A DNA stretch of 36,372 nt, from contig CAZSKP010000017.1 in NCBI GenBank assembly GCA_964607485.1, positions 58,743 to 95,114 of the forward strand, written 5' to 3'. The stretch comes from an uncultured bacterium (lineage in GTDB: Bacteria > Abyssobacteria > SURF-5). The notes under the pieces were generated by a model. The model had not been told where the DNA came from. It ran no database searches and saw only the letters and a list, made by a program, of their open reading frames with translations. Positions within the stretch are counted from its first letter, which is position 1; each line of letters opens with the position of its first letter. This document shows, one piece after another, positions 17,802 to 27,502 of this stretch. Both the position numbers and the translations under genes were made by a program.

Positions 17802-17843
17802 ATAAAAATCGCCGAGGCTACACCTCGCGGTGCAACCTCGGCG
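17802..17843 (-). terminator. Intrinsic terminator after cytochrome c gene
   Basis: Minus-strand 15-bp stem CGCCGAGGTTGCACC-GCGA-GGTGTAGCCTCGGCG followed by ATTTTTAT. Confidence 0.75.
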
Positions 17844-17912
17844 TTGTTGCGAAAGGTAAGATTCAGATTTTGATCTGTTTCTGAGCCAGCTAAATGTGGC
17901 TTCGCCGAACGC

Positions 17913-18479
17913 TCACTTTCCCTTCTGCGGAATCGGATGAGCTATTTTCGCCCACATCTCCTCGAAGTTGAAACTCTTGAAGGTCGGGCTTCCCTCGTTG
18001 TGACATTGCTTGCAGGTCTCCTCCGTGGGAATGATGAGCCCGTTGGCCTTCGCCTGCTCCGCGTCCTTCATGATCTTAATGTTCTTATAGTCACTTCCCG
18101 GGCCGTGGCAGCTTTCGCACCCGACGCCGTCTTCCTGGGAATAGGTGGCCTCGAACCGCGAGGGATCAGAACCGTAGCCCGTCACGTGGCACTTCAAACA
18201 ATCAGGGCTCTGCTGAGGATTGTCTATTCCCTTGGCGCTGGCTATTTGCTTTGCCTCGTCGGACCCCAGCGTCTCGTATGCCTTGGAATGCTTGGATGCT
18301 TCCCAAGACTTGAACTGCGCTCCCCTGGCGGGAGACATATGGCACATCTTGCAGGCTTTCACGCCCACATAATTGTGCTCGGCCGCGGCGGGAGAGCTGA
18401 ACGCCGCCACCAGACATACTGCGACAAGAACCGTCAACACCAGTGAGAAACCTTTCATACCTTCCTTCCTTTCAATCAC
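17913..18479 (-). CDS. Exported tetraheme cytochrome c (c554 family)
   Basis: Signal peptide; four CxxCH motifs (CKMCH, CLKCH, CESCH, CKQCH); YVG..C..CH and GVGCESCHGPG; GTG after AGGAGG (alternative ATG 18458). Confidence 0.92.
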   Translation of the reverse strand: MIERKEGMKGFSLVLTVLVAVCLVAAFSSPAAAEHNYVGVKACKMCHMSPARGAQFKSWEASKHSKAYETLGSDEAKQIASAKGIDNPQQSPDCLKCHVTGYGSDPSRFEATYSQEDGVGCESCHGPGSDYKNIKIMKDAEQAKANGLIIPTEETCKQCHNEGSPTFKSFNFEEMWAKIAHPIPQKGK

Positions 18480-18698
18480 CTAGCGATCCTCCTAATCCGT
18501 TACTGCACTTTCCAAGCTTTGGGTCTCGCTTAGAACCGTCACCAATACAGACGTTGCGACCCCCGTATCTTATTCAATCCACAGGCTCACATCGCCGCCA
18601 TTTACACATTCGGCCCGCCTGCGGAGGCTGATGAGGGAAGAAAACACGTCCGACATCGAACACAACTATAACACGCTTTTCAGGGGACTGATAATGTG

Positions 18699-18812
18699 GA
18701 AGCGCACCCTTCAGCTCCTGGCATTCCAATAGAATTGCCAGGCCCACACTTCGGGTGGCCTGCGAAGTAGCAAAGAGGTTAAAGCTGCGGAAACCCTGCC
18801 GGGTCCCGCTTC
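18699..18812 (-). ncRNA. Candidate structured RNA (sRNA or 5' leader), family not recognised
   Basis: Begins 8 nt after TATAAT; ends pair (GAAGCG/CGCTTC, ACCC/GGGT, CAGCTTT/GGAGCTG); internal helices. Confidence 0.45.
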
Positions 18813-18819
18813 AATTTCA

Positions 18820-18849
18820 ATTATAACAAAATGGCACCCAAAGAGTCAA
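18820..18849 (-). promoter_or_regulatory. Sigma70 promoter (leftward)
   Basis: TTGACT-18-TATAAT with TG extension. Confidence 0.75.
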
Positions 18850-18880
18850 TCCTAAATATGTATGCGGGCCAACGTGGAAA

Positions 18881-18909
18881 TTGACAATAATCTCAGAATA
18901 TGCTATATT
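18881..18909 (+). promoter_or_regulatory. Sigma70 promoter of rib operon
   Basis: TTGACA-17-TATATT with TG extension, just upstream of the riboswitch. Confidence 0.8.
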
Positions 18910-18925
18910 GACTCTATAAACAATG

Positions 18926-19080
18926 CGGCTTCGGGACAGGGTGAAATTCCCGACCGGCGGTATGGCTCGCCGAAGCGGCGGGCCCAGCCCGCGAGCGTGC
19001 CGTTGCCCTGATAAGGCGGCGGCGTGCAGACCTGGTGAGAGGCCAGGGCCGACAGTAACAGTCTGGATGGGAGAAGACCG
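18926..19080 (+). ncRNA. FMN riboswitch (RFN element)
   Basis: CTTCGGGACAGGGTGAAATTCCCGACCGGCGGT...AGCCCGCGAGC...GACCTGGTGAGAGGCCAGGGCCGACAGTAACAGTCTGGATGGGAGAAGA upstream of ribD. Confidence 0.97.
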
Positions 19081-19113
19081 GCATTAAAAGTGCACGTGTG
19101 CTCTTTTGTGTCC

Positions 19114-19146
19114 CGAAATGCCCTGCGTTTCGGGCATTTCGTTTTT
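19114..19146 (+). terminator. Riboswitch expression-platform terminator
   Basis: CGAAATGCCC-8 nt-GGGCATTTCG followed by TTTTT, between the aptamer and ribD. Confidence 0.8.
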
Positions 19147-19252
19147 AGGGCATGCGGGTGCAGCATTTCACCCCTCTTTTCCCATCTTTTATTCCCGAAA
19201 CCCGTTAAGGCTCAAACGCTAACTCCCTCAGGGACTTCCGACAAGGATACGG

Positions 19253-20356
19253 ATGTCGCTCGAGCCCAAACAGTACATGGGGCGCGCGCTCCAACTGGCC
19301 GAAATGGGACGCGGCTTCACGAGCCCCAACCCGCTGGTGGGGGCCGTGATAGTCAAAGGCGGCCGCGTCGTGGCCGAGGGATTCCATCGGCGCTTCGGCG
19401 AAGCGCACGCCGAGGTTGACGCCCTCGAACATGCGGGCGACGCCGCGCGCGGCTCCACGATGTATGTGACGCTCGAGCCCTGCTGTCATCACGGCAAGAC
19501 GCCGCCCTGCACGCGCGCCATACTGGAGGCCGGTATTGCGAGGGTTGTGATGGCGATGGAGGACCCCAACCCGCTTGTGGCCGGAAAGGGAAGGGCGGAG
19601 CTGGAGCGCGCGGGAGTGCAGGTCGAATCCGGGCTCCTGGCGGACGACGCGAGAAAGCTCAACGAATGGTTCGTGAAGTTCGCGACCACGGGGACGCCCT
19701 TTTTCATCGCCAAGGCGGCGATGACGCTCGACGGCAAGATAGCTACTCGCACGGGCGACTCGCGCTGGATAACGAGCCAGCAGGCGCGCGACCACGTGCA
19801 CTGGCTGCGGGCAGGAGTCGATGCGGTGATGGTCGGGAGCGGGACGGTGGAGGCCGACGACCCGATGCTTACCACCCGCGTCGCCAGCGGAAACGGCCGT
19901 GACGGGGTCAGGATAATCGTTGACGGCGATGCGAGGCTCTCGCCTGCTCACCGGGTGTTCAGCGTGCAATCGACCGCGCCGACGCTGGTCGTCGTGAAGA
20001 CGACGGCGCCGCCGGAGCGCAAGGCGGCTCTCCGCGCTGCTGGCGCCGAGTTGATCGAGACGGAGCCGAAAAAAGACAAGACCGACCTGGCGGAGCTGGC
20101 GCGCATATTGGGCAAGCGCGACATCGCCAGCGTGATGATAGAGGGCGGCGGCGGACTGCTCGCCGCGGCGCTGGAAGCAGGAATAGTCGATAAAGTTTTG
20201 TTCTTCGTCGGGCCAAAGATATTTGGCGGGAAAGAAGCTCCCACGCCGGTCGAGGGACTGGGCGCGGCAAAGGTCAGCGAGGCGGTTCGTCTCCGCGACA
20301 TCTCCACGAGACAAATCGGCGACGACGTGCTCATCGAGGGATACGTGGTCAAGTAG
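19253..20356 (+). CDS. ribD: Bifunctional riboflavin deaminase/reductase
   Basis: TSPNPLVGAV, HAEVDAL, TLEPCCHHGKTPPC, TLDGKIAT, IEGGG. Confidence 0.97.
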   Translation: MSLEPKQYMGRALQLAEMGRGFTSPNPLVGAVIVKGGRVVAEGFHRRFGEAHAEVDALEHAGDAARGSTMYVTLEPCCHHGKTPPCTRAILEAGIARVVMAMEDPNPLVAGKGRAELERAGVQVESGLLADDARKLNEWFVKFATTGTPFFIAKAAMTLDGKIATRTGDSRWITSQQARDHVHWLRAGVDAVMVGSGTVEADDPMLTTRVASGNGRDGVRIIVDGDARLSPAHRVFSVQSTAPTLVVVKTTAPPERKAALRAAGAELIETEPKKDKTDLAELARILGKRDIASVMIEGGGGLLAAALEAGIVDKVLFFVGPKIFGGKEAPTPVEGLGAAKVSEAVRLRDISTRQIGDDVLIEGYVVK

Positions 20357-20357
20357 G

Positions 20358-20993
20358 ATGTTTACCGGAATCATACAGGAAATAGGAACCATCCAGCGGG
20401 TCTCGCCCGGAGAGGCCTACAAGCTGCGAATCCGCGCCGAGAAGGCGCTGAAGGGTATCGAACTCGGCGACAGCATAAGCGTGGACGGCGCGTGCCTGAC
20501 GGTCGTCGATTTCGATACAGCGAGCTTCGAGGTCGATGCCATGCCCGAGACGATCGAGAAGACGACGCTGAAATATCTGCAACTCGGAAGCCGGGTGAAC
20601 CTCGAGGCCTCCCTCAAGCTTGGCGACAAAATGGGCGGCCACTGGGTCACCGGCCACGTTGACGGAACGGGCAAGATTCTGAGCACGAAAAAGGCGGCGA
20701 ACGCGATCATATACGAGATTTCGATTCCGGCCGAGCTCGCCGAGCAACTGGTGCCGAAGGGGTCGGTGGCGGTTGACGGAATCAGCCTCACTGTAATCGA
20801 ATGCGGACGAGAACGCTTCAAGGTCGGCCTGATTCCGCATACGCTGCAGAGCGCCGCCCTCGGCGGGAAGGGCGTCGGCAGCCATGTCAACCTGGAAACC
20901 GACGTCATCGGCAAGTACGTTCATAGATACCTGAAAGGCGCCTCCGGGGACTCCGTTACGGAAAAGCTCCTGCGTGAGGCGGGCTTTATGTAG
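20358..20993 (+). CDS. ribE: Riboflavin synthase (alpha chain)
   Basis: Canonical MFTGII start, [35 protein letters not shown]. Confidence 0.97.
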   Translation: MFTGIIQEIGTIQRVSPGEAYKLRIRAEKALKGIELGDSISVDGACLTVVDFDTASFEVDAMPETIEKTTLKYLQLGSRVNLEASLKLGDKMGGHWVTGHVDGTGKILSTKKAANAIIYEISIPAELAEQLVPKGSVAVDGISLTVIECGRERFKVGLIPHTLQSAALGGKGVGSHVNLETDVIGKYVHRYLKGASGDSVTEKLLREAGFM

Positions 20994-21079
20994 CGAGGAC
21001 GGGACGACGAAGTCGATCCGCGAACCGAGGATGTTCCACACGCAAGCAACAAGATGAGCAGGTTTCAAGGAGGAAGAGC

Positions 21080-22276
21080 ATGTTTAGCCCAATTCCGGAG
21101 ATTCTTGACGACGTAAGGGAAGGACGCATGATAATCCTCGTTGACAACGAGGACCGTGAGAACGAAGGGGACCTGATGCTGGCAGCCGAGAAGGTCACGC
21201 CCGATGCCGTCAATTTCATGGCCAAGTACGGCCGGGGGCTCATCTGCCTCGCGCTGACCGCTCAACGGTGCGATGAGCTCAAACTGCCGCCCATGGTGAC
21301 CGAGAACTCGGCTCGGTTCGAGACCGCGTTCACCGTCTCGATCGAGGCGAAGAGAAACGTCACCACGGGCATCTCCGCCGCCGACAGAGCGACCACCGTG
21401 CTGACGGCGGTGAACCCGGCCACCAAGTCCGACGACCTGGCCCGACCCGGCCACGTGTTTCCGTTGCGCGCTCGAAACGGGGGAGTGCTGGTGAGAACGG
21501 GACAGACCGAGGGTTCCGTCGATCTCGCCCGGCTTGCAGGCCTTTATCCGGCGGGCATGATCTGCGAGGTAATGAAGGACGACGGAACGATGGCGCGCGT
21601 GCCCGACTTGATAAAGTTCTCAGAGCGCCATGGTGTCAAGCTGTGCTCCATCGAAGACCTGATCAAATACCGGCGGCTGACCGAAAAACTGATCCAGCGA
21701 ACCGTGACCACGAAGATACCGACCGACTATGGAGAATTTGTCTTGCACGTTTACGAGACTTCGGTCGATAGCTGGCATCACCTCGCCTTCGTCAAGGGCG
21801 ACGTCGCGGGGCGGAAGGACGTGCTCGTTCGCGTGCATTCGGAATGTCTCACGGGCGATGTCTTCGGCTCGAAACGCTGCGACTGCGGGGCCCAACTGCA
21901 CAAGGCGCTCCAGATGATTCAGCAGGAGGGAATGGGCGTGCTGCTGTATATGCGGCAGGAGGGACGAGGCATCGGCCTCCACAACAAGCTGCGAGCCTAT
22001 GCGCTTCAAGATGAGGGCCTGGACACGGTCGAGGCGAACGAGCGGCTGGGCTTCAAGCCCGACCTGCGCGACTACGGCATCGGCGCTCAGATTCTCTCCG
22101 ACCTCGGATTGAGCGAGATAAGGATTCTGACGAACAATCCCCGGAAGATAGTGGGCCTCGAGGGATACAACCTGAAGGTTGTGGAAAGGGTGCCGATAGA
22201 GATCAAGCCGAACGCGGAAAATCTGAACTACCTCTCGGCGAAGCAGCGCAAGCTGGGTCACCTGCTGAGCCTGTGA
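21080..22276 (+). CDS. ribBA: Bifunctional DHBP synthase / GTP cyclohydrolase II
   Basis: [43 protein letters not shown]. Confidence 0.98.
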   Translation: MFSPIPEILDDVREGRMIILVDNEDRENEGDLMLAAEKVTPDAVNFMAKYGRGLICLALTAQRCDELKLPPMVTENSARFETAFTVSIEAKRNVTTGISAADRATTVLTAVNPATKSDDLARPGHVFPLRARNGGVLVRTGQTEGSVDLARLAGLYPAGMICEVMKDDGTMARVPDLIKFSERHGVKLCSIEDLIKYRRLTEKLIQRTVTTKIPTDYGEFVLHVYETSVDSWHHLAFVKGDVAGRKDVLVRVHSECLTGDVFGSKRCDCGAQLHKALQMIQQEGMGVLLYMRQEGRGIGLHNKLRAYALQDEGLDTVEANERLGFKPDLRDYGIGAQILSDLGLSEIRILTNNPRKIVGLEGYNLKVVERVPIEIKPNAENLNYLSAKQRKLGHLLSL

Positions 22277-22364
22277 CGCCGGGCCGCGTCGCAGGAACGG
22301 GTCGGCGTGGAAAGAGTGTACGGTCCAAAGTCGTCTTTGAGCGCAAGTGAAAGGAGACGGGAAA

Positions 22365-22829
22365 ATGCCGAAGGTCTTTGAAGGCCAATTGATAGCAAAG
22401 GGCAGGAAATTCGGTATCGTCGCTTCGCGGTTCAACGAGTTCATCACCAACAAATTGCTTGAGGGCGCGCTCGATGCGCTCAAGCGGCACGGAGCAAAGG
22501 ACGACGAGATAGAGATAGCGTGGGTGCCCGGCTCGTTCGAGATTCCTTACGCCGCCCAGCGCATGGCCGAAAAAGACAAGTACGACGCCGTCATCTGTCT
22601 CGGAGCCGTCATCCGTGGCTCGACTCCGCACTTCGAGTACATCGCCAGCGAGGTGACCAAGGGAATCGCTCAGACAGGCTTGAAGACGGGCGTTCCCGTC
22701 ATCTACGGCGTCATAACACCCGACACGCTCGAGCAGGCGATAGAGCGAGCGGGCACGAAGGCGGGCAACAAGGGGTTCCAGGCCGCGATGTCGGCCATCG
22801 AGATGGTAAACCTCTTCACTAAAATATGA
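22365..22829 (+). CDS. ribH: 6,7-dimethyl-8-ribityllumazine synthase
   Basis: [50 protein letters not shown]. Confidence 0.98.
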   Translation: MPKVFEGQLIAKGRKFGIVASRFNEFITNKLLEGALDALKRHGAKDDEIEIAWVPGSFEIPYAAQRMAEKDKYDAVICLGAVIRGSTPHFEYIASEVTKGIAQTGLKTGVPVIYGVITPDTLEQAIERAGTKAGNKGFQAAMSAIEMVNLFTKI

Positions 22830-22841
22830 GGGAACTTCGGA

Positions 22842-23294
22842 ATGGGAGCGAGGCGCAAGGCGCGTGAAAAAGCGCTTCAGATACTCTTCCAGCTCGATTT
22901 CAACGATGCGGACATCGAGGCGATCCTGGAGGAATTCTGGAACGGACATCCTACCGGCCAGAAGGTGCGCGGGTTTGCGGAGAGGCTCGTGAAGGGCGCG
23001 TTCGCCCACCGGGAAGATATCGACCGGATGATCACCTCGACGCTGGAGAACTGGAGCATCGACAGGCTTGCGTCTGTCGATAAGGCCATACTGCGCCTTG
23101 CCACGTATGAGCTCCTGCACATGCCCGACGTGCCTCCGAAGGTGACGATAAACGAGGCCGTCGAGATAGCCAAGTCATACGGAACCGACGAGTCGGGCCG
23201 ATTCGTCAATGGCGTGCTCGATAAGATCAGGGAGAAGATAGGCAAATCCACTGCGCTGAAGGGGTGCGCCGAAACCGAGGACTGCAAGGAATAA
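22842..23294 (+). CDS. nusB: Transcription antitermination factor NusB
   Basis: RRKAREKALQILFQ, DKAILRLA.YEL, INEAVEIAK.YG, FVNGVLD; conserved ribH-nusB synteny. Confidence 0.96.
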   Translation: MGARRKAREKALQILFQLDFNDADIEAILEEFWNGHPTGQKVRGFAERLVKGAFAHREDIDRMITSTLENWSIDRLASVDKAILRLATYELLHMPDVPPKVTINEAVEIAKSYGTDESGRFVNGVLDKIREKIGKSTALKGCAETEDCKE

Positions 23295-24127
23295 TGAATC
23301 GCTACGTTGACCTTCACGTGCACACGAACTATTCGGACGGCTCCTGTTCGCCCGAAGAGGTCGTGCATCGGGCGAAGCAGTGCGGCTTCGCGGCCGTGGG
23401 CATCGCCGACCACGACGAGGTGGGAGGCATCTCCGAGGCCATATGGATCGGACATTCCCACGGGGTCGAGATAGTGCCCGCCGTGGAGCTCACCTCGGGC
23501 TGCGACGGCAAGGAGGTGCATCTGCTCGGCTATCTCATCGACCACAACCACCGCAGGCTCAGGGAAGACCTGAAACATTTTCGGTATGAGCGTTTCAAAC
23601 GGATGGAAGGAATGGTGGCGAAGCTGAGGAAGCTCGGCATCGGGATTTCCATCGAGGCCGTTCGCAGAATCGGCGGACGCGGCAGCCTCGGACGGCTTCA
23701 TCTTGCGCGTGCCCTGTTTCAGCAGGACCAGGTCGGAAACGTTCAGGAAGCATTCGACCTATACATCGGCAAAGGCAAACCTGCATACGTGGAAAAGCCG
23801 CGGATAGATATTCAGGAGGCGTTCAAATTGATAACCGCCGCCGGTGGAATCCCCGTGCTCGCTCATCCGAAGCTGGCCCATGTGGACGGCGCCATCCCCG
23901 AACTGGTTCGGCTCGGTCTCCGCGGAATCGAGGCGTTCTACTCGAAACACACGCCCGAGGACGTCGACAAGTATCTCGCCGTCGCGGCCGAATACAACCT
24001 TCTCGTGACCGGCGGCTCGGATTGTCACGGCGAAATCAAAGACACGATGCTGCTCGGCTCGGTCAAGCTGCCCTACCGCTATCTCACCGCGCTCCGGGAG
24101 AGCGCGCCTATGAACCATCGAAAATAG
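23294..24127 (+). CDS. PHP domain phosphoesterase (TrpH/YciV family)
   Basis: DLHVHTNYSDG, IADHD, VHLLGY, LAHP, TGGSDCHG; TAATG overlap with the nusB stop. Confidence 0.92.
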   Translation: MNRYVDLHVHTNYSDGSCSPEEVVHRAKQCGFAAVGIADHDEVGGISEAIWIGHSHGVEIVPAVELTSGCDGKEVHLLGYLIDHNHRRLREDLKHFRYERFKRMEGMVAKLRKLGIGISIEAVRRIGGRGSLGRLHLARALFQQDQVGNVQEAFDLYIGKGKPAYVEKPRIDIQEAFKLITAAGGIPVLAHPKLAHVDGAIPELVRLGLRGIEAFYSKHTPEDVDKYLAVAAEYNLLVTGGSDCHGEIKDTMLLGSVKLPYRYLTALRESAPMNHRK

Positions 24128-24193
24128 CTACACCCGTTCCGACCCGACGAATCAACGCAAAGAAGATTCCTTGGTCGATTTCCGATTGTGAAC

Positions 24194-25339
24194 TCATCCC
24201 GCCTCGATGTGGGCGAGGACGCGGTCGATGTCCTCCTCATTGTTGTAGAAGTTGGTCGCCATGATGAGGCAGTTGCGCATGCCGTGGACCATGATGAGCT
24301 CGCTCCTGAGGTCCTCCTCCAATTTGTACGGGTCCTGCTTCGGCAGGCGCATCAGCACGATGCCCGACCACTCGTCGCCGTCGCGCGGGCTCATGATCTC
24401 GCACCCTTTTTTCTTCGCCTGCTCGCAGAGGTAGTCGGTCAACTGCTTGACGCGGCGCTCGATGTTCTCGACGCCTATCTCTTCGATGAGGCTCAACGAG
24501 GCGTTCAGTGCGGCTATGCCGACGACGTTCTTCGAGCCTTCCTCGTAGCGGCGCGCCCCACGGGCGGGGTCGAACGGGTAGGAATCGGTCGGATATTCCA
24601 TGCTCACTTCTTCTTCCAGGCTGCCCCAGCCCACGTGGACGGGACGCAGCTTGGCAAGGAGCGATTTGCGGCAGTAGAAGATGCCCAGCCCCGGCAGCGC
24701 GAGCAGCCACTTGTGCGTTCCCGCCGAGATGCAGTCGATGTCCATCTCCCTCACGTTGAGCCGGATGGTGCCGAGACACTGTATGGGATCGACGTAGAAG
24801 ACGATGTCGCGCTCGTGGCAGATTTTCGAGATGGCCTTCAGGTCGGCCCGCTGGCCGGTGTCGAACTGGGGCCAGCTTATCGCCACAAGGCGGGTGCGGT
24901 CGGTGATCCCCTTCTTGATTACTTCGGGCGTGATGCGCCGGTTGTCCTGCTCGACGAAATTCACCTTTACTCCATAGTGCCGCTGTGCCATGAACGGGTA
25001 CACGACGGTGGCATATTCTCGGTGCGTGAGGAGCACCTCGTCGCCTTCCTTCCACGGCATCGACTGGGCCAGCCACAGGATTCCCTCGGCGGTGTTCCGG
25101 CAGAAGGCGACCTCGTCGGTGTCGCACCCGATGAGCCTCGCCACCTTCTCGCGCGTTTCCTTCACCGTCGGCTTGAACAACGCCATGGCGATAGCCGCCG
25201 AGTTCATCAGCGAGTCGGTGGTCTCATGGATAGCTTCGGCCGTGGGCTTGGGCAGCGGCGACTTGCCGTTGCAGAGGAAGTATGCGAAGTTGTCGGTGAT
25301 GGGGAACAGCTTGCGGATGGCTTCGAAATCGACGCTCAT
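24194..25339 (-). CDS. Aminotransferase class V fold PLP-dependent enzyme
   Basis: RNTAEGI, YVDPIQCLG, AGTHKWLL (PLP Lys), RRYEEGS; GGAGGT RBS. Confidence 0.9.
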   Translation of the reverse strand: MSVDFEAIRKLFPITDNFAYFLCNGKSPLPKPTAEAIHETTDSLMNSAAIAMALFKPTVKETREKVARLIGCDTDEVAFCRNTAEGILWLAQSMPWKEGDEVLLTHREYATVVYPFMAQRHYGVKVNFVEQDNRRITPEVIKKGITDRTRLVAISWPQFDTGQRADLKAISKICHERDIVFYVDPIQCLGTIRLNVREMDIDCISAGTHKWLLALPGLGIFYCRKSLLAKLRPVHVGWGSLEEEVSMEYPTDSYPFDPARGARRYEEGSKNVVGIAALNASLSLIEEIGVENIERRVKQLTDYLCEQAKKKGCEIMSPRDGDEWSGIVLMRLPKQDPYKLEEDLRSELIMVHGMRNCLIMATNFYNNEEDIDRVLAHIEAG

Positions 25340-25422
25340 TGAAATACCTCCTTCAAGAAAAACATGCGATGGTTTAGCGAACTGTCGGCGCTCTCGTCGG
25401 GAAAACCGACAGGCTTATATTA

Positions 25423-26058
25423 TCATATCCACCCCAATATGCCCCCGAAGATGATCAGACAGGCGATGTCAAAGGCGAAAATGGCTCCGACGGTAATCGC
25501 CTTATTCCGAACCTCCTTCATGTCATGAACCCAGAACGCTACCAGGAAGAAATAGAAATAACCGAACAGGAAGATGAGCCACGGGGCGCGGGCGTTCCAC
25601 CACGAATAATCCCACGTGAGCGCATTCACGGAATTTAGTAGAATCTCGACGATCACGCAGAAAATGGCATTGACGACGGCGAAAAACAGACGGTTCGGAA
25701 CGCCCAATACTTTCATGCGCTTGTCCTTGGGGAGCATCTTCGAAAAGGCGATGCCCGCGATGGCAAACATGAAGCAGATTTCTATGTTCAACCCAATCAG
25801 GATCAGGTACGCCGTCTTGCCCGGAGCGCCCCATACGGGCGCGTACTGCGTGAAGTGGAACACGAGAGCGTTCCAGATTTCGTTGAACCAGTCCGCCCCC
25901 CAGAGCGCCAGCCCGGCGAACACCAGGCTCCAGTTTCTCCTCTCGATCTCCGCGGCATACACATAGGCCACAAGCGCGAAGAGCGGTATGACATACCATT
26001 GAAACAGGCTTCCGTCCCGCAAATTCCTCAAGGCTTCCTGGGCTGCTTCTGTAGGCAT
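25423..26058 (-). CDS. Hypothetical multi-pass membrane protein
   Basis: About six hydrophobic segments; polar motifs DWFNEIWN and GLNIEI; AAAGGAG RBS. Confidence 0.8.
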   Translation of the reverse strand: MPTEAAQEALRNLRDGSLFQWYVIPLFALVAYVYAAEIERRNWSLVFAGLALWGADWFNEIWNALVFHFTQYAPVWGAPGKTAYLILIGLNIEICFMFAIAGIAFSKMLPKDKRMKVLGVPNRLFFAVVNAIFCVIVEILLNSVNALTWDYSWWNARAPWLIFLFGYFYFFLVAFWVHDMKEVRNKAITVGAIFAFDIACLIIFGGILGWI

Positions 26059-26176
26059 CGTGACACTCCTTTCCCGAGGTTGCACCTCTTTCCCGGATGT
26101 TTCTTGGGTTGGTTATGAGAGCAATTGAAGAAGACTAGGTTTCGGCGTGCTTCTAACTACGTTACGGGATCGGCCT

Positions 26177-26205
26177 ATTATAGCAGAGGATGGCGGTGTG
26201 CTCAA
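26177..26205 (-). promoter_or_regulatory. Sigma70 promoter of membrane protein gene
   Basis: TTGAGC-17-TATAAT with TG extension. Confidence 0.55.
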
Positions 26206-26251
26206 TCGGAAAAGGCGGGGGAGGAGGTTGAGGGTGTCCGACGGTTGCGGC

Positions 26252-26313
26252 GGGGACTGTCCCAAGAATTACGGGCCGCTGTCTTTTGCGGCCGTAGATT
26301 CGGGACTGTCCCC
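26252..26313. repeat. REP-like doublet GGGACTGTCCC flanking a hairpin
   Basis: GGGGACTGTCCC (26252-26263) and GGGACTGTCCCC (26302-26313) with an internal TACGG(G)CCGC/GCGGCCGTA stem. Confidence 0.6.
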
Positions 26314-26330
26314 AGAGCGGACGGCCATGT

Positions 26331-27455
26331 TTACTCTAAAGGCCGCTTCTGGCCGGCGGCTTCGTTCTCTGCGGCGATCTTCGAGTGGAGTTCTCGAGGA
26401 CTCGCGAAGATGGGCTCTCGCTCGAGTCGTTCGAGACGAAGCGCCTCGGTCGAACACGTCACCGTGCACACACCGCAGCCCATGCAGCGGCTCTCGTCGA
26501 TCCGAGCCTTCTCGGCGCCCTCGGGCAAAGAGATGGCCTTGAAGAAACAGCGTTCGACGCACGTGCCGCACGCCGCGCAGTCGTCGCCCACCCTCGCAAC
26601 GAAGTTGGACCTGGCGAACGCATGCGGATTGTCCCAGCGTGTGAGCCCGCGAGTGACAGAGCAGCAGCAGCCGCAGCAGAAACAGATAACGCCGTCTTTC
26701 ATCCGCTCGGAGTTGTCGGTCATCATCACGAGCCCGAGCTCGCGCATTTCCGCGACGTACTTCTTTACCTCCTCGCGGGTGACCTGTCTGCCGTCGCCCC
26801 GCCCGACGAAGAGCAGGGCCGGCAGGCCGATGAACAGGCACGAGGCGACGGGATACTTGTCTTTGCATTCGCGGATGCCCAGCTTCTCGGTCCTGTTGCG
26901 ACACGGACACGGCGCCAACGCGAACACCCCCATGTTGGCCTGGTCCAGGAACGCATCGATCTCCTCGTGCGATAGCACCTGTTGCCCGCCGGCGATCGAC
27001 TGCTCGACGGGAACCGCGCGTCGCTCGGGCGTCCCCGCCGCGGAGGACTCGTAGTAGCGGTAGAAACCATCCTTTATGTAGTACTCCTGATACAGTTCGC
27101 CTGCCTTGCGCGTGTCTTCGTCGTCGGCATTCCGGAAGGGGTGGTAGTTGACCAGGAGCGGAACCACGGGCAGGACGTACCGTCCGCCGAACCCGATTAT
27201 CACGCCCTTTTCCACCATCCGGCCGAGGGCCTGCTCGACCTCATCGACGGGCCGCCCGGACTTCTCGGCGACTTGCTCAGCCGTCAGGCGTTTCGGCTCG
27301 ACCGACAGAAACGAGGCCATCTCGGCCTCCTCGGGCGTGAAGAGGATCTTCAGATATTTCAAGAACGCCGGAGAGAAGTCGCTGCCCTTCTTGGGCGCGC
27401 CCGTGATATTCATGTCGATTCTTTCGGCAAGTTTCTTGTAGGGGGATTGCTTCAT
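26331..27455 (-). CDS. 4Fe-4S binding protein with N-terminal wHTH-like region
   Basis: CPCR, ICFCCGCCC, CAACGTCVERC and CMGCGVCTVTC; ATG 27455 after AAGGAG (ORF track N-terminal extension is unlikely). Confidence 0.88.
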   Translation of the reverse strand: MKQSPYKKLAERIDMNITGAPKKGSDFSPAFLKYLKILFTPEEAEMASFLSVEPKRLTAEQVAEKSGRPVDEVEQALGRMVEKGVIIGFGGRYVLPVVPLLVNYHPFRNADDEDTRKAGELYQEYYIKDGFYRYYESSAAGTPERRAVPVEQSIAGGQQVLSHEEIDAFLDQANMGVFALAPCPCRNRTEKLGIRECKDKYPVASCLFIGLPALLFVGRGDGRQVTREEVKKYVAEMRELGLVMMTDNSERMKDGVICFCCGCCCSVTRGLTRWDNPHAFARSNFVARVGDDCAACGTCVERCFFKAISLPEGAEKARIDESRCMGCGVCTVTCSTEALRLERLEREPIFASPRELHSKIAAENEAAGQKRPLE

Positions 27456-27502
27456 GTAAGTTCTCCTTCCGACGAATCCAATGCTTATAGACGCATGATT
27501 AT

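Noticed and set aside
18629..18650. CTGATGAG...GAAA hammerhead-like core
   Set aside because: No stem II can form and no closing stems I/III were found
18696..18813. tRNA-Sec, 6S or SRP identity for the structured element (GGAAGCG start on +, CCA end on -)
   Set aside because: No TCA anticodon arm or T-loop, no SRP GGAA/AGCAG motif, and too short for 6S; kept as an unknown RNA candidate
21965..21967. Possible CGA codon reassignment (e.g. to Gly) suggested by the U73 tRNA(UCG)
   Set aside because: CGA encodes invariant Arg residues in RibBA (QEGRGIG, RPGH) and RibH (ERAG), and the tRNA has the Arg determinant A20
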